Of a stretch of 64,000 nt of DNA, positions 1 through 8,651 are shown in pieces (position 1 is the stretch's first letter; every line of letters starts with the position of its first letter). Position numbers and translations under genes: made by a program. This DNA is from Brevundimonas sp. Lineage in GTDB: Bacteria; Pseudomonadota; Alphaproteobacteria; Caulobacterales; Caulobacteraceae. The DNA lies in NCBI RefSeq assembly GCF_046299535.1, contig NZ_JBKBIB010000012.1, positions 21,833-85,832 of the forward strand. Reading direction: 5' to 3'. A model generated the notes under the pieces. It saw nothing but the letters and a program-made list of their open reading frames with translations, had not been told where the DNA came from and did not search any database.

Positions 1-1400
1 CCCTGCTTTTCCGCGAGCTGTGGGTGATGGTGGCGGTGTTTCTGGCCATCTGCATTCTCGGCGTCATCCTCATTCTGACATCCATCAACAAGACCTATAC
101 GGCCCGGGCCGGGATCGTCGCCACGGTGGGGCAGGAGTACGTCTATCAGCCCACCGTGGGGCCTGAGCGGAACAGCACCAATGTGCCCCAGGTCAACGAG
201 ATCGCCCAGGCCGAGGCGGCCATCCTGAACAGCAGCGAGCTGAAGCGCCGGGTGGTCCAGGCCGTAGGCGTGGAGACCGTGGTTGGCGAACGGGCGGCGT
301 CCCGCGCGGCCAGCGCCGAGGCGGCGGAGCGCAGCGCCCTGCGCACCATGATCCGCGATCTGGAAGTATCCACCGCGCCCCTCAGCGGAGTGATCCAGCT
401 GAGCTATGAGGCGCGGGACGCAGAGACGGCGGCGGTGGTCCTGAACGGTCTGCTGGACCAGTATCTGATCTATCGCCGCGAGGTGTTTCAGGACCGCATG
501 ACGCCCGCGTTGCAGGAGCAGCGCCAGGTGTTCGAGGATGAGCTGGAAGACGCGGACCACGCCTATGAGACCTTCCTGCGCACCAACGCCATTGGAGACT
601 TCAACACCGCCCGGCAGACGCTGGGGGCGACCTATCAGTCGGTCTTCACCGAGCGGCTGGGGGTGGACGCCCAGTTGAGCCAGGTGTCGAACCGGCTGGC
701 CCGGCTGCGGGTCGAGCTGGGCTCAGTGCCTGCCGAGATCGTGTTGAACCAGCAGCTGAACGTGGCGGCCCAGGACCAGGTGCTGCTGCTGCGCACCGAG
801 CGGGAGAACCTGCTGGCCCGCTATCAGCCCGACGCCCAGCCCGTGCGGGACATCGAGGAGCGGATCGCACAGATGCAGGCCTTCGTGAACACCGGCACGG
901 CGGTGGGGCCGCGCGAGGTGCAGACCGGGCCGAACCCCATCTGGGTTTCGCTGGACACCGAACGGATCCAGCTGACCGCCGAGCGGGACTCCCTGATCGC
1001 GCGGCGGTCGGTGCTGGAAGCCCAGCTGAACGACCTGCGCAACCGCCAGTCCCGCCTGACCGAGCTGGAATCCCGCAACGCCACCCTGTCGGCGGACCGG
1101 GAGGTGCTGACCAGCAACATCCGCGAGTTCGCCCTGCGTGAAAGCCAGAGCCGTGCGGCCACGTCGCTGGCGCAGAGCGGGGCGGACAACATCCGCATCG
1201 TGGAGCGCGCCTCGCCGCCCACGCGGGGGACCAGCCTGCGCATGCCCGGCATGCTGCTGGTGATCCTGTTCGCCGGGTTCACGGCCCTGTGCGTCGGGCT
1301 GATCCGCATCTTCCTGCGGCCCGGCTTCACCACCCCGGGATCGGCCGGGCGGACGCTGGAACTGCCGGTGCTGGCGGTGGCCCCTCTGAAGGCCCGCTAA
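1..1400 (+). CDS. polysaccharide chain-length determinant / co-polymerase (Wzz/GumC/ExoP N-terminal type), 5'-partial
   Basis: ORF 24..1400 stays open in frame to the window edge. It has an N-terminal TM helix (VAVFLAICILGVILIL), a long Q/E/R/L-rich coiled-coil-like middle, and a C-terminal TM helix (MLLVILFAGFTALCVGLI). A P-loop partner ORF follows. Confidence 0.7.
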   Translation, partial: LLFRELWVMVAVFLAICILGVILILTSINKTYTARAGIVATVGQEYVYQPTVGPERNSTNVPQVNEIAQAEAAILNSSELKRRVVQAVGVETVVGERAASRAASAEAAERSALRTMIRDLEVSTAPLSGVIQLSYEARDAETAAVVLNGLLDQYLIYRREVFQDRMTPALQEQRQVFEDELEDADHAYETFLRTNAIGDFNTARQTLGATYQSVFTERLGVDAQLSQVSNRLARLRVELGSVPAEIVLNQQLNVAAQDQVLLLRTERENLLARYQPDAQPVRDIEERIAQMQAFVNTGTAVGPREVQTGPNPIWVSLDTERIQLTAERDSLIARRSVLEAQLNDLRNRQSRLTELESRNATLSADREVLTSNIREFALRESQSRAATSLAQSGADNIRIVERASPPTRGTSLRMPGMLLVILFAGFTALCVGLIRIFLRPGFTTPGSAGRTLELPVLAVAPLKAR

Positions 1401-1455
1401 GCGTTCCCCTGAGGGTTGTGATAGCTTCGGCCAAACAGGTGCGCGTAGCGATTCG

Positions 1456-2157
1456 ATGGTCGACCTCACTGCGGAAATGGCGGGACTTTGGGCGGCGCTG
1501 GGTCCGGCGTCGGGCCATCGCGGCCGCGTGATCCAGTTCGTCTCCGCCAACCACGGGGAGGGGACCTCCACCGTGGCGCGCGAGTTCGCCCGTCTGGCCG
1601 CCGTGCGCGCCCGTCGCCCGGTCTGGCTTGTGGACGCCGACCTGAACGCCCAGCAGCAGATGGAGGCCGTCGGGGCCCAGCCGGACCGCTTCGGCAAGCT
1701 GGGCAAGACCGCCTACGCTTCGCCAGACGGCTCCTGCTTCTTCACCGTGTCGCCGCGCCTGACGGCCAGGGACGGACGCCCGGTCGCCCCGGCCCGACTG
1801 CTGATCGCCCAGCCCTGCCTGGGCGGCCGGCTGTGGATCACCCGGTTCCGGGGCGAGGTGCTGAAGTCCGGCCAGAGGGTCGAGGCCCTGCACGACGCCG
1901 CCTACTGGGACGCCATGCGCAAGCACGCCGAGACCGTGGTGGTGGATGCGCCGTCCGCCGACCGCTCCGACATGGCCGTCAACCTGGCCCCCTATGTGGA
2001 CGCCACCGTTCTGGTGGTCGCCGCCGAGACCACCCGGGCGTCCGAGCCCATCGCCCTGCGCGACGAGATCGAGGCGGTGGGCGGCCGCATCGCCGGGGTG
2101 GTCATGAACCGCTCCACCTACCAGCCGCCGGGCTTCCTGAAGAAGGTGCTGGGTTAG
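1456..2157 (+). CDS. CpsD/CapB-type (BY-kinase-like, MinD/ParA fold) P-loop protein of exopolysaccharide export; Walker A lysine absent
   Basis: 233 aa. Motifs: VIQFVSANHGEGTSTVA (P-loop-like, GEGTST), VWLVDADLN (Walker A'), VVVDAPS (Walker B). Sits directly downstream of the chain-length determinant. Confidence 0.65.
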   Translation: MVDLTAEMAGLWAALGPASGHRGRVIQFVSANHGEGTSTVAREFARLAAVRARRPVWLVDADLNAQQQMEAVGAQPDRFGKLGKTAYASPDGSCFFTVSPRLTARDGRPVAPARLLIAQPCLGGRLWITRFRGEVLKSGQRVEALHDAAYWDAMRKHAETVVVDAPSADRSDMAVNLAPYVDATVLVVAAETTRASEPIALRDEIEAVGGRIAGVVMNRSTYQPPGFLKKVLG

Positions 2158-2168
2158 ACACTCGGCGA

Positions 2169-2222
2169 GAAAAAACAGTGCAACGGGAGTGCAACGGCGG
2201 CGGAATTGTTGAGCGAAAACAG
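2169..2222. repeat. 54-bp direct repeat, copy 1
   Basis: 49/54 identical to 2480..2533 by hand alignment. Contains GTGCAA at 2178 and 2189 (11-bp phasing) and AAAACAG at both ends. Confidence 0.85.
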
Positions 2223-2235
2223 TTGTGGGCTTGCA

Positions 2236-2442
2236 CTTGTCATCCCGGCCGACGCGAAGCGGAGAGCCGGGACGCGGGCGCTGAACTGTTTTCCGCCCGG
2301 ACAGCCGCAGGGCTGAGCCGGGCGACTGGCGGTGATTTTCCAGCCCTTGGCCCGGCTCGTCGCACAGCGCCGTCCGGGCCTCCTCGAGCACGATTGGCCG
2401 TCCCGTCCCGGATAGCGCCTGCGGCGCTTCCGGGATGACAAG
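2236..2442. repeat. 13-bp perfect inverted repeat pair bracketing about 180 bp
   Basis: CTTGTCATCCCGG at 2236..2248 and its exact reverse complement CCGGGATGACAAG at 2430..2442. Both lie between the two 54-bp repeats. Confidence 0.8.
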
Positions 2443-2479
2443 GAGGGCCCCCGGGTGGGCCGGCGGTGCACTCCGCTAC

Positions 2480-2533
2480 GAAAAAACAGTGCAACTGGAG
2501 TGCAAGGTCGCCGGAATTGTTCAGCGAAAACAG
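2480..2533. repeat. 54-bp direct repeat, copy 2
   Basis: 49/54 identical to 2169..2222, with the same internal GTGCAA-N5-GTGCAA arrangement. Confidence 0.85.
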
Positions 2534-2697
2534 CGGGGGATGAATTTCGAGTGCAATGAAGCGCCTCCCTTGGGTTTGGCGGCCCGGGGCCGATGGGGAG
2601 GCATTGTAGGGGGGCTGGAAAGCAGGCGGTCGAAATCGGGGCGTCAGGGGCGCTGATCCGTTGTGGCGCAAGGGAGTAGGCGCGGGAGATGCGGGAT

Positions 2698-3636
2698 TCA
2701 GGCCCGGTTGAGGCGTTTGAGTTCGCTGGCGCCGTAGAACTGGGGCTCGAGGCCCGGCATCCAGGCGAGCTTGCCGAGGCCGCGAACGGCGCGGTCCATC
2801 CAGAAGGCGCGGCGGGAGTGGCCGATCAGGGTCATGATCAGGGCCGCGACGCCGAACACGGCGGCCTGTCCGGCCCCGACGATCATCCAGCGGGCGAGGG
2901 CGGGCCAGTTCTTCTCTTTCGCCGCCGTCTGGGACGGGCCCTGACCGTAGGCGAAGGCGCGGGTCAGGGCGTAGCTCAGGGTGGCGCGGTGGGGCGGGGC
3001 GAACTCCTCAACCCAGGCGTCGGCGGCCCAGCCGAAGCGGCCGCCGCGCGCGGCCAACCCCGCGAACAGGGCGTCGTCCTCGCCGCCGGACTGATCCGCC
3101 GAGACATCGAAGGGCGCGGCGCCGGGCAGGGCGATCGCGCGGGTCATCAGGGAGGCGCCGCAGCCGTAGGCGTGGTCGATCAGGCCGCTTCTGGCAGGGC
3201 CCTCGCGCCCGAAGAACCGCTCCAGATAGGGCTTGAGCCAGACAGGGGCGCCTTCGGCCCGGCCGTGGATGGGGCTGAAGGTGACGTCAGCGCCCAAGGC
3301 TTCGTGGGCCGAGAGGATGCGGGCCAGCCAGTCGGGGGCCGCGGCCTCGTCATCGTCGAGGAAGGCGATCAGGGAGGCTTCGGTGGCGCGCAGGGCGGCG
3401 TTGCGGGCCGTAGCCACGCCGGGGGTGGGGACGTGGATATAGACCAGCCGCCACGGGCTGTGGGCGCGCAGGGCCTCGACCCGGTCGCGGGCGGAGCCCT
3501 GGGGGTCGTTATCGGCGATGACGATCTCGCACAGCCGGTCGGCGACGCGCGTCTGGGCGAACAGGGAGCGCAGGGCCCGCTCCAGACTGTCCGGACGGCG
3601 CAGGGTGGGGACGATGACGGCGACATTGGCGATCAT
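2698..3636 (-). CDS. family 2 glycosyltransferase
   Basis: 312 aa. N-terminus VAVIVPTLRRPDSLERALRSLFAQ, and a DDDE motif in IAFLDDDEAAAPDWL, typical of GT2. The start ATG overlaps the upstream stop (ATGA at 3633-3636). Confidence 0.85.
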   Translation of the reverse strand: MIANVAVIVPTLRRPDSLERALRSLFAQTRVADRLCEIVIADNDPQGSARDRVEALRAHSPWRLVYIHVPTPGVATARNAALRATEASLIAFLDDDEAAAPDWLARILSAHEALGADVTFSPIHGRAEGAPVWLKPYLERFFGREGPARSGLIDHAYGCGASLMTRAIALPGAAPFDVSADQSGGEDDALFAGLAARGGRFGWAADAWVEEFAPPHRATLSYALTRAFAYGQGPSQTAAKEKNWPALARWMIVGAGQAAVFGVAALIMTLIGHSRRAFWMDRAVRGLGKLAWMPGLEPQFYGASELKRLNRA

Positions 3637-4385
3637 GCCAGCACCTCGCCCACGGTCCTGATGGCCACGCCGCGCGCCTGTGCGTGGGCGACGATGCGCG
3701 CCAGCGCGGCGGGGGTGCAGCCGTATTTCGACGGGTTTTCGCGCACATCGTGGGTGTAGAGGATGACCCAGGCGCCCTGATCCACCGCGCGGTCGATCCA
3801 GCGCAGGGCCTCGGCCTCGCCGTCCGGACCCTCGATGCCCACGGCGGGCAGCTGGTTCAGGTCCGAGCCGTCCCTGATGATGCCCGAGTGCACGGCGCGC
3901 AGGGAGCCGTAGCGGCCCTTCAGCGCCTTCTTGGCCTGTGGCGAGACCTCGCCGTACGGATAGGCGAAATGGCGGGGCGGCGCGCCGAAAGCGGTCAGGA
4001 CCTCGGCGTTGCGGTCGGCGTCGGCGCCGATGGCGGCTTCATCGGACAGGCCGCAGTCCAGATGGGAATGTGTGTGGCAGGCGATCTCGTGGCCTGCGTC
4101 GGACAGGCGCGCGATCTCCGACTGGTTGGCGTAGCGGCCCATGTCGCCCGGCTGATCGAACAGGCCGGCGCAGACATAGTATGTGCCGCGCGCCCCGGCG
4201 GTCTCGAGTGTGGCGGCGCCCGCCTCGGCGCCCGAAATCGGCACATCGTCGAAGGTGAAGCTGACCACCGGCCCGTTGTGGGACAGGCGGGCGGGGCGGC
4301 GGTGCATGAGGCGCACGACCCGGCGGCGCACCTTGCCGAACAGGCTGGAGTCGGCGTTGTAGGGCTGGGCCTGGGGTTGCTGCAT
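3633..4385 (-). CDS. polysaccharide deacetylase (CE4/NodB homology domain)
   Basis: Start taken at internal ATG 4385 (MQQPQAQPYN...). The longer 357-aa ORF has an Arg/Gly/Pro-rich N-terminal extension that looks non-coding. Motifs: VSFTFDDV, HTHSHLD. Confidence 0.8.
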   Translation of the reverse strand: MQQPQAQPYNADSSLFGKVRRRVVRLMHRRPARLSHNGPVVSFTFDDVPISGAEAGAATLETAGARGTYYVCAGLFDQPGDMGRYANQSEIARLSDAGHEIACHTHSHLDCGLSDEAAIGADADRNAEVLTAFGAPPRHFAYPYGEVSPQAKKALKGRYGSLRAVHSGIIRDGSDLNQLPAVGIEGPDGEAEALRWIDRAVDQGAWVILYTHDVRENPSKYGCTPAALARIVAHAQARGVAIRTVGEVLA

Positions 4386-5314
4386 CAGACGGCCTCCGCA
4401 TAGAGGGCGGCCCGGTAGAGCCGCAGCGAGAAGGCGCGCGGCCCGGCGGGCAGCCAGTCGGTCATCGCCACGGTCTTCAGCAAGGGCCGGGCCAGGCCCA
4501 TGCCCGGCGCGCGCTTGAGCAGGCGGGCGGCCTTGTAGCTGGGGTAGGTGGAGACGATGTCGGGGTGGCGGGCCACCACCCGGGCGAAATTGGGGGCGGA
4601 CTGTTCGTATTTGGCGGCCAGGGCCCCGGCGGTGTCCAGACCCATGTGGGTGGCCGGATTGTCCAGATGGACGACGCGGAACCGGCGCGACACGCGCATG
4701 GCCCATTCCACATCCTCCCAGCCCCAGCCGGTGAAGGCGCTGTCGAAGGCTTCGGCCGCGAACACGTCGCGGCGGACCAGCAGGTTGGAGGTGTAGACGT
4801 ATTTCTCAGGCTGGCGGGCGCGTTCCTGATACGGCACGCACTCGGATCGCGCCGCCAGGGCCCGGTGGACGGCGAAGCGGGGCTCGTCCGGGGCCTGCAG
4901 CAGGGAGAAGCCGCCGAAGGCGACGGGCGGATCCTCCGTGGCCGCCAGATCGGCCCAGACCTGAAGAAAGCGGCGATGATCCGGCCGCATGTCGCTGTCC
5001 AGAAACAGGAAGCTGCCGCCCCGTGCGGCGGCGGCCAGACGGTTGCGGCCTCTGGATCGGCCCTCGTTGGTCTTCAGGTCGATGAGGCGGGCGGGCAGGG
5101 CCATGGTCGTGATGGCGGCCTCGACCCGGGCGACCAGATCGGCGTCGCCGCCGCCGTCGGACAGGACGATGACCTCCACCGAGCGGCCGAGCTGGCCCGC
5201 CTCGTCGTTGAGGTCGCGCAGCAGGTCGCAGGGGTCGTCCCGGTAGAAGGGGATCAGGACCGACAGGGCCGGGCGCTTGCCCCGCCAGCGGGCGTTGGCG
5301 ACGGTGCGGCTCAT
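4385..5314 (-). CDS. family 2 glycosyltransferase
   Basis: This is the C-terminal 309 aa of the 821-aa track ORF, starting MSRTVANARWRGKRPALSVLIPFYRDD. LFLDSDM motif. Upstream of 5314 the same frame is a shadow of the flippase gene. Confidence 0.8.
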   Translation of the reverse strand: MSRTVANARWRGKRPALSVLIPFYRDDPCDLLRDLNDEAGQLGRSVEVIVLSDGGGDADLVARVEAAITTMALPARLIDLKTNEGRSRGRNRLAAAARGGSFLFLDSDMRPDHRRFLQVWADLAATEDPPVAFGGFSLLQAPDEPRFAVHRALAARSECVPYQERARQPEKYVYTSNLLVRRDVFAAEAFDSAFTGWGWEDVEWAMRVSRRFRVVHLDNPATHMGLDTAGALAAKYEQSAPNFARVVARHPDIVSTYPSYKAARLLKRAPGMGLARPLLKTVAMTDWLPAGPRAFSLRLYRAALYAEAV

Positions 5315-6762
5315 GCTTCGGCTCCGCGGGTTCTCCAGGCGTTCAGGAGGCGGCGGCCGGTGTCGCGCACCCCGGCGGCGTTCACGGTCACGGCGACGAC
5401 GGCGTAGACCGCGCCGCCGATGGCCGCCTTGGCGATCAGCTCCACGGGGCCGCCGAGGGCCGGGATCAGGGACACCACGCCCGCCATCACCGCGCAGGCG
5501 ACACCGCAGCGGATCAGGGCCTCCCACGGAATGGGCAGACGCATGACCGTGCGGCCGATGAGGATGGAGGCGGCGAGGCCCAGGGTGAAGCTGGCCGCCG
5601 TGGCCCAGGCCGCGCCCAGCACGCCGAAGCGGGGTATCAGGATCAGGTTGAGGAGGACGTTGGCGACGGCCGGGACCGCCATGGTCAGCAGCATGCGGTC
5701 GGTGCGGTGGCCGAGGGTGAAGACCTGATTGAAATAGTAGACCGTCACCCCGGACAGGGCAGCGCCCAGGGCGATCCAGGGGGTGATGAGGGCGGCGGCG
5801 GAGCGCAGGTCCTGACCGATCAGCACCTCGGCCAGCGGGCGGGCCACCAGCATGACGCCCACGGCGGCGGGCAGGCCGACGAGGACGAACAGGCCCGCCT
5901 GTTCCCGGGCGGCGTCCTGAAGGGCGGTGCGGCCGCCGCGCTCCAGCGCCATGACCATGGCGGGCGCCCCCGCGGCGCCCAGCCAGATGAACATGACGTC
6001 CAGGGTGCGGTTGGCGATGGAATAGCCCGCATGATAGGCGCCCACCGCCGCCTCGTTCAGGAACACCGCCAGCAGGAAGCGGTCGGTGGAGGCCAGCACC
6101 AGCGACAGGATCAGGGACGCGGCGATGGGATAGCCGAAGGTCGCATAACGCTTGAGCCGGGCCGGGTCGGGCCGTCCGCCGCGGGCGTGCTTCAGCTCGC
6201 CGGGCAGGATGAAGGGCAGGGCGAACAGGGGGGCGAGCAGCAGGCCCAGCAGGGGCGCCGCGCCGCCGAGACCGGCGAGGGCGAAGATGACGCCGATCAG
6301 GAAGCCGCCGATGACGGTGGCCATGTCGAGGCCGGCGGCCTTGGCCACCTCGCCCGAGGCGCGGAACCGCTCCTGCGCCAGCTTGGCGAAACAGCGGACC
6401 GGCACGCCGATAAGGGCGACGCCGAGGGCCAGGCGGAAGGCGGGCTCCACCGGCCACAGCATGACGCCGAGGACGACCAGCGGGATGAAGGCGGCGGACA
6501 GCCAGAAGGCCGCCCGGTAAAGGCTGGCGAAATGGTCGGCGAGGCCGGTCTCGGGCGTCTCGGCGGCCCAGTAGCGGGCCATGGCCGCCTCGAGCCATGT
6601 GAACACCGCCACATGGGCCAGGGTGAACACCGAATAGGCCAGGGCGTAGCGGCCGAAATCCTCGGGGCTGAGCAGGCGGGTGAAGACCACGATGGCCAGA
6701 AAGCCCACCACCCCCTGCACGATGTTGGCGGGCAGATAGCCCCAGACGCCGCGCCAGAACAT
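5311..6762 (-). CDS. Wzx-type polysaccharide flippase (MOP superfamily)
   Basis: Polytopic membrane protein starting MFWRGVWGYLPANIVQGVVGFLAIVVFTRLLSPEDFGRYAL. ATG 6762 overlaps the stop of the priming transferase. Confidence 0.8.
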   Translation of the reverse strand: MFWRGVWGYLPANIVQGVVGFLAIVVFTRLLSPEDFGRYALAYSVFTLAHVAVFTWLEAAMARYWAAETPETGLADHFASLYRAAFWLSAAFIPLVVLGVMLWPVEPAFRLALGVALIGVPVRCFAKLAQERFRASGEVAKAAGLDMATVIGGFLIGVIFALAGLGGAAPLLGLLLAPLFALPFILPGELKHARGGRPDPARLKRYATFGYPIAASLILSLVLASTDRFLLAVFLNEAAVGAYHAGYSIANRTLDVMFIWLGAAGAPAMVMALERGGRTALQDAAREQAGLFVLVGLPAAVGVMLVARPLAEVLIGQDLRSAAALITPWIALGAALSGVTVYYFNQVFTLGHRTDRMLLTMAVPAVANVLLNLILIPRFGVLGAAWATAASFTLGLAASILIGRTVMRLPIPWEALIRCGVACAVMAGVVSLIPALGGPVELIAKAAIGGAVYAVVAVTVNAAGVRDTGRRLLNAWRTRGAEA

Positions 6763-8336
6763 CAGCGCACCGCCACCCGGTCGCCCAGCAGCACGGGCAC
6801 GGTGACGGCCATGATCCACAGGTCCAGCCAGAAGGACTGGCGCTCCACATAGTCCACGTCCAGCTGCACCCGGCGGCGCACCTCGGCGGCGGTGTGCAGG
6901 GGGCCGCGCGAGCCCTTGATGGCGGCCCAGCCGGTCATGCCGGGCTTGATGCGGTGGCGGTGGGCGTATTCGGCGACAAGGCGGGCGGATTCGATCTGGC
7001 CGGTCTTCATGCCGATGGCGTGGGGGCGCGGGCCGACCAGCGACATCTCGCCCTTCAGCACATTGATCAGCTGGGGCAATTCATCGAGGCTGGTGGCGCG
7101 CAGGAAGCGGCCGACGCGGGTGATGCGGTCGTCGTCGGCGGTGACCTGTCGTGAGGCGGTGGCGTCGGCGGCCTCGTGGCGCATGCTGCGGAATTTCCAC
7201 ACCACGATCTCTTCGTTGTTGAAGCCGTGCCGGCGCTGGCGGAACAGGATCGGGCCGGGGCTGTCCAGCCGCACCATCAGGGCGACGACGGCGAACACGG
7301 GCATGAGGCCGACCAGCATCAGGCCGCCGATGATCAGGTCCTGCAGCCGCTTGTTGAAGGCGGCGCGGTCGGGGTCGGGGTTGCTGAGGGAGGCCAGGGG
7401 CGCGCGGGCCAGCTTCTCCAGGGCGGCGTTGCGGTCTTCGGCGGCCCTGGGGTCCACCAGCAGGGTGACCTCGTTGGGCAGGCCGCCGAGGCGGCGCATG
7501 AGGTCGCGCACCCGCTCGCGGGCGGCGGGGTCCACGGCCAGGACGATGTGGTCCACATAGGGCGTCATGCGATGGGTCAGCAGGGCCTCGGTGTCGCCCA
7601 GCACCGGCACGCCCTCGACGCTGTCGGGGGCGCGGGCCAGCCGGTCGTCGAACACGCCCAGCACGTTCAGGTCGCGGCGCCTGAGCGCCTCGCGGATCAG
7701 CTTTTCGGCGTGCTTGGTGGCGCCGACCACCACCACATTGGGGGTCAGGGTCCCGTCGGCGCGCCAGACCCGGACCCGCTCGCACCAGATCATGTGCAGG
7801 GCATACAGGACAATCAGATTGAGACCGCTCCACACCAGCACCGGGCCGATCAACGGGACGGGCGACAGCATGGCCAGACCGGCGGCGATCAGGCCGGCGC
7901 CGGCCGCCGAGGCGCTGACCAGACCCATATGGATCACAAGGCGCCGGTCGCGGGAGAAGCCATAGACGCCCGACCCCTTCAGCATCGCCAGCAGGGCCGC
8001 CGCGCCGACCGCGAACGGCAGGACGGCGGACAGGGGCGCGCCGAGCAGGCCGGAGTGACTGGCGGCGGCGGCGCACAGCAGGGTCAGGGCGATCACTGCG
8101 AGGCCGTCGATGGCGCGGAACCAGTGAGCGGCCAGGCGCGAGGCGTGGCGCTGGCGCGCGTTCAGCCAGACCTCGGGCCGGAAAGGACCGCGCCGGGCGC
8201 GGGCGTCGGTCTTGCCCGCCCCACGCGCCACGGCGCCCGAAGCCAGGGCCTGAAGCCCGGCGGCGTCGAGGGTCGCGGGCGCATCCGCGGCGGGTGCGTC
8301 ATCAGGTCTGGTCTGGGTCGAGAGCATGGCGGCCAT
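6762..8336 (-). CDS. exopolysaccharide polyprenyl glycosylphosphotransferase (WbaP/ExoY-type priming sugar transferase)
   Basis: 524 aa. N-terminal TM helices, a central Rossmann-like region, and a C-terminal bacterial sugar transferase domain (RFLRATSLDELPQLINVLKGEMSLVGPRPH). Confidence 0.85.
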   Translation of the reverse strand: MAAMLSTQTRPDDAPAADAPATLDAAGLQALASGAVARGAGKTDARARRGPFRPEVWLNARQRHASRLAAHWFRAIDGLAVIALTLLCAAAASHSGLLGAPLSAVLPFAVGAAALLAMLKGSGVYGFSRDRRLVIHMGLVSASAAGAGLIAAGLAMLSPVPLIGPVLVWSGLNLIVLYALHMIWCERVRVWRADGTLTPNVVVVGATKHAEKLIREALRRRDLNVLGVFDDRLARAPDSVEGVPVLGDTEALLTHRMTPYVDHIVLAVDPAARERVRDLMRRLGGLPNEVTLLVDPRAAEDRNAALEKLARAPLASLSNPDPDRAAFNKRLQDLIIGGLMLVGLMPVFAVVALMVRLDSPGPILFRQRRHGFNNEEIVVWKFRSMRHEAADATASRQVTADDDRITRVGRFLRATSLDELPQLINVLKGEMSLVGPRPHAIGMKTGQIESARLVAEYAHRHRIKPGMTGWAAIKGSRGPLHTAAEVRRRVQLDVDYVERQSFWLDLWIMAVTVPVLLGDRVAVR

Positions 8337-8436
8337 TCTGGTCTGGCCGTCATCAAAACATTCCGCCGTGGATTTCGCGTTAACGTCGCAAACCCGGATT
8401 GCGTCGGCGCGCCCGAGCCGCTATCGGAGCCGAACC

Positions 8437-8528
8437 GGAGACGTGGCCGAGTGGCTGAAGGCAACGGTTTGCTAAATCGTCGTACCCTGTAAGGGGTACC
8501 GAGGGTTCGAATCCCTCCGTCTCCGCCA
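8437..8528 (+). tRNA. tRNA-Ser (anticodon GCU)
   Basis: GGAGACG acceptor stem pairing with CGTCTCC, anticodon loop TTGCTAA, long variable arm (CGTACCCTGTAAGGGGTACC), T-loop GGTTCGAATCC, encoded CCA. Confidence 0.92.
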
Positions 8529-8651
8529 CCCTACGCCTTCGGCTTCGGATGGCAGGCCACGCAGTGGTTTGCCGAACGAAGGCGATCTCAGGCGTAGGTG
8601 TGTCCCCCGAAGCCTTGGCGAAGGGGGACTGTTCGCTTCATGCTCATTCCC

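Noticed and set aside
723-2391. Long minus-strand ORFs 723..1706 and 1327..2391, and plus-strand ORF 1488..2438, overlapping the co-polymerase/ATPase genes.
   Set aside because: Their translations are Arg/Gly/Pro/His-rich low-complexity sequence, typical of antisense or out-of-frame shadows in high-GC DNA. The co-linear frames have clear family motifs.
2169-2533. Sigma-54 promoter reading of the repeats (minus strand TTGCAC-N5-TTGCA resembles TGGCAC-N5-TTGCA).
   Set aside because: The invariant GG of the -24 element is TG in both copies, and no gene lies downstream in that orientation. Kept only as an 11-bp-phased direct repeat.
2169-2533. CRISPR-like array.
   Set aside because: There are only two repeat copies, 311 bp apart start to start, with no cas genes and no regular spacer structure.
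4385-6850. 821-aa ORF read as one protein.
   Set aside because: Only the C-terminal 309 aa (from ATG 5314) look like a GT2 enzyme. The N-terminal 512 aa are an Arg/Pro/Gly-rich shadow of the flippase gene, which occupies another frame of the same strand (5311..6762).
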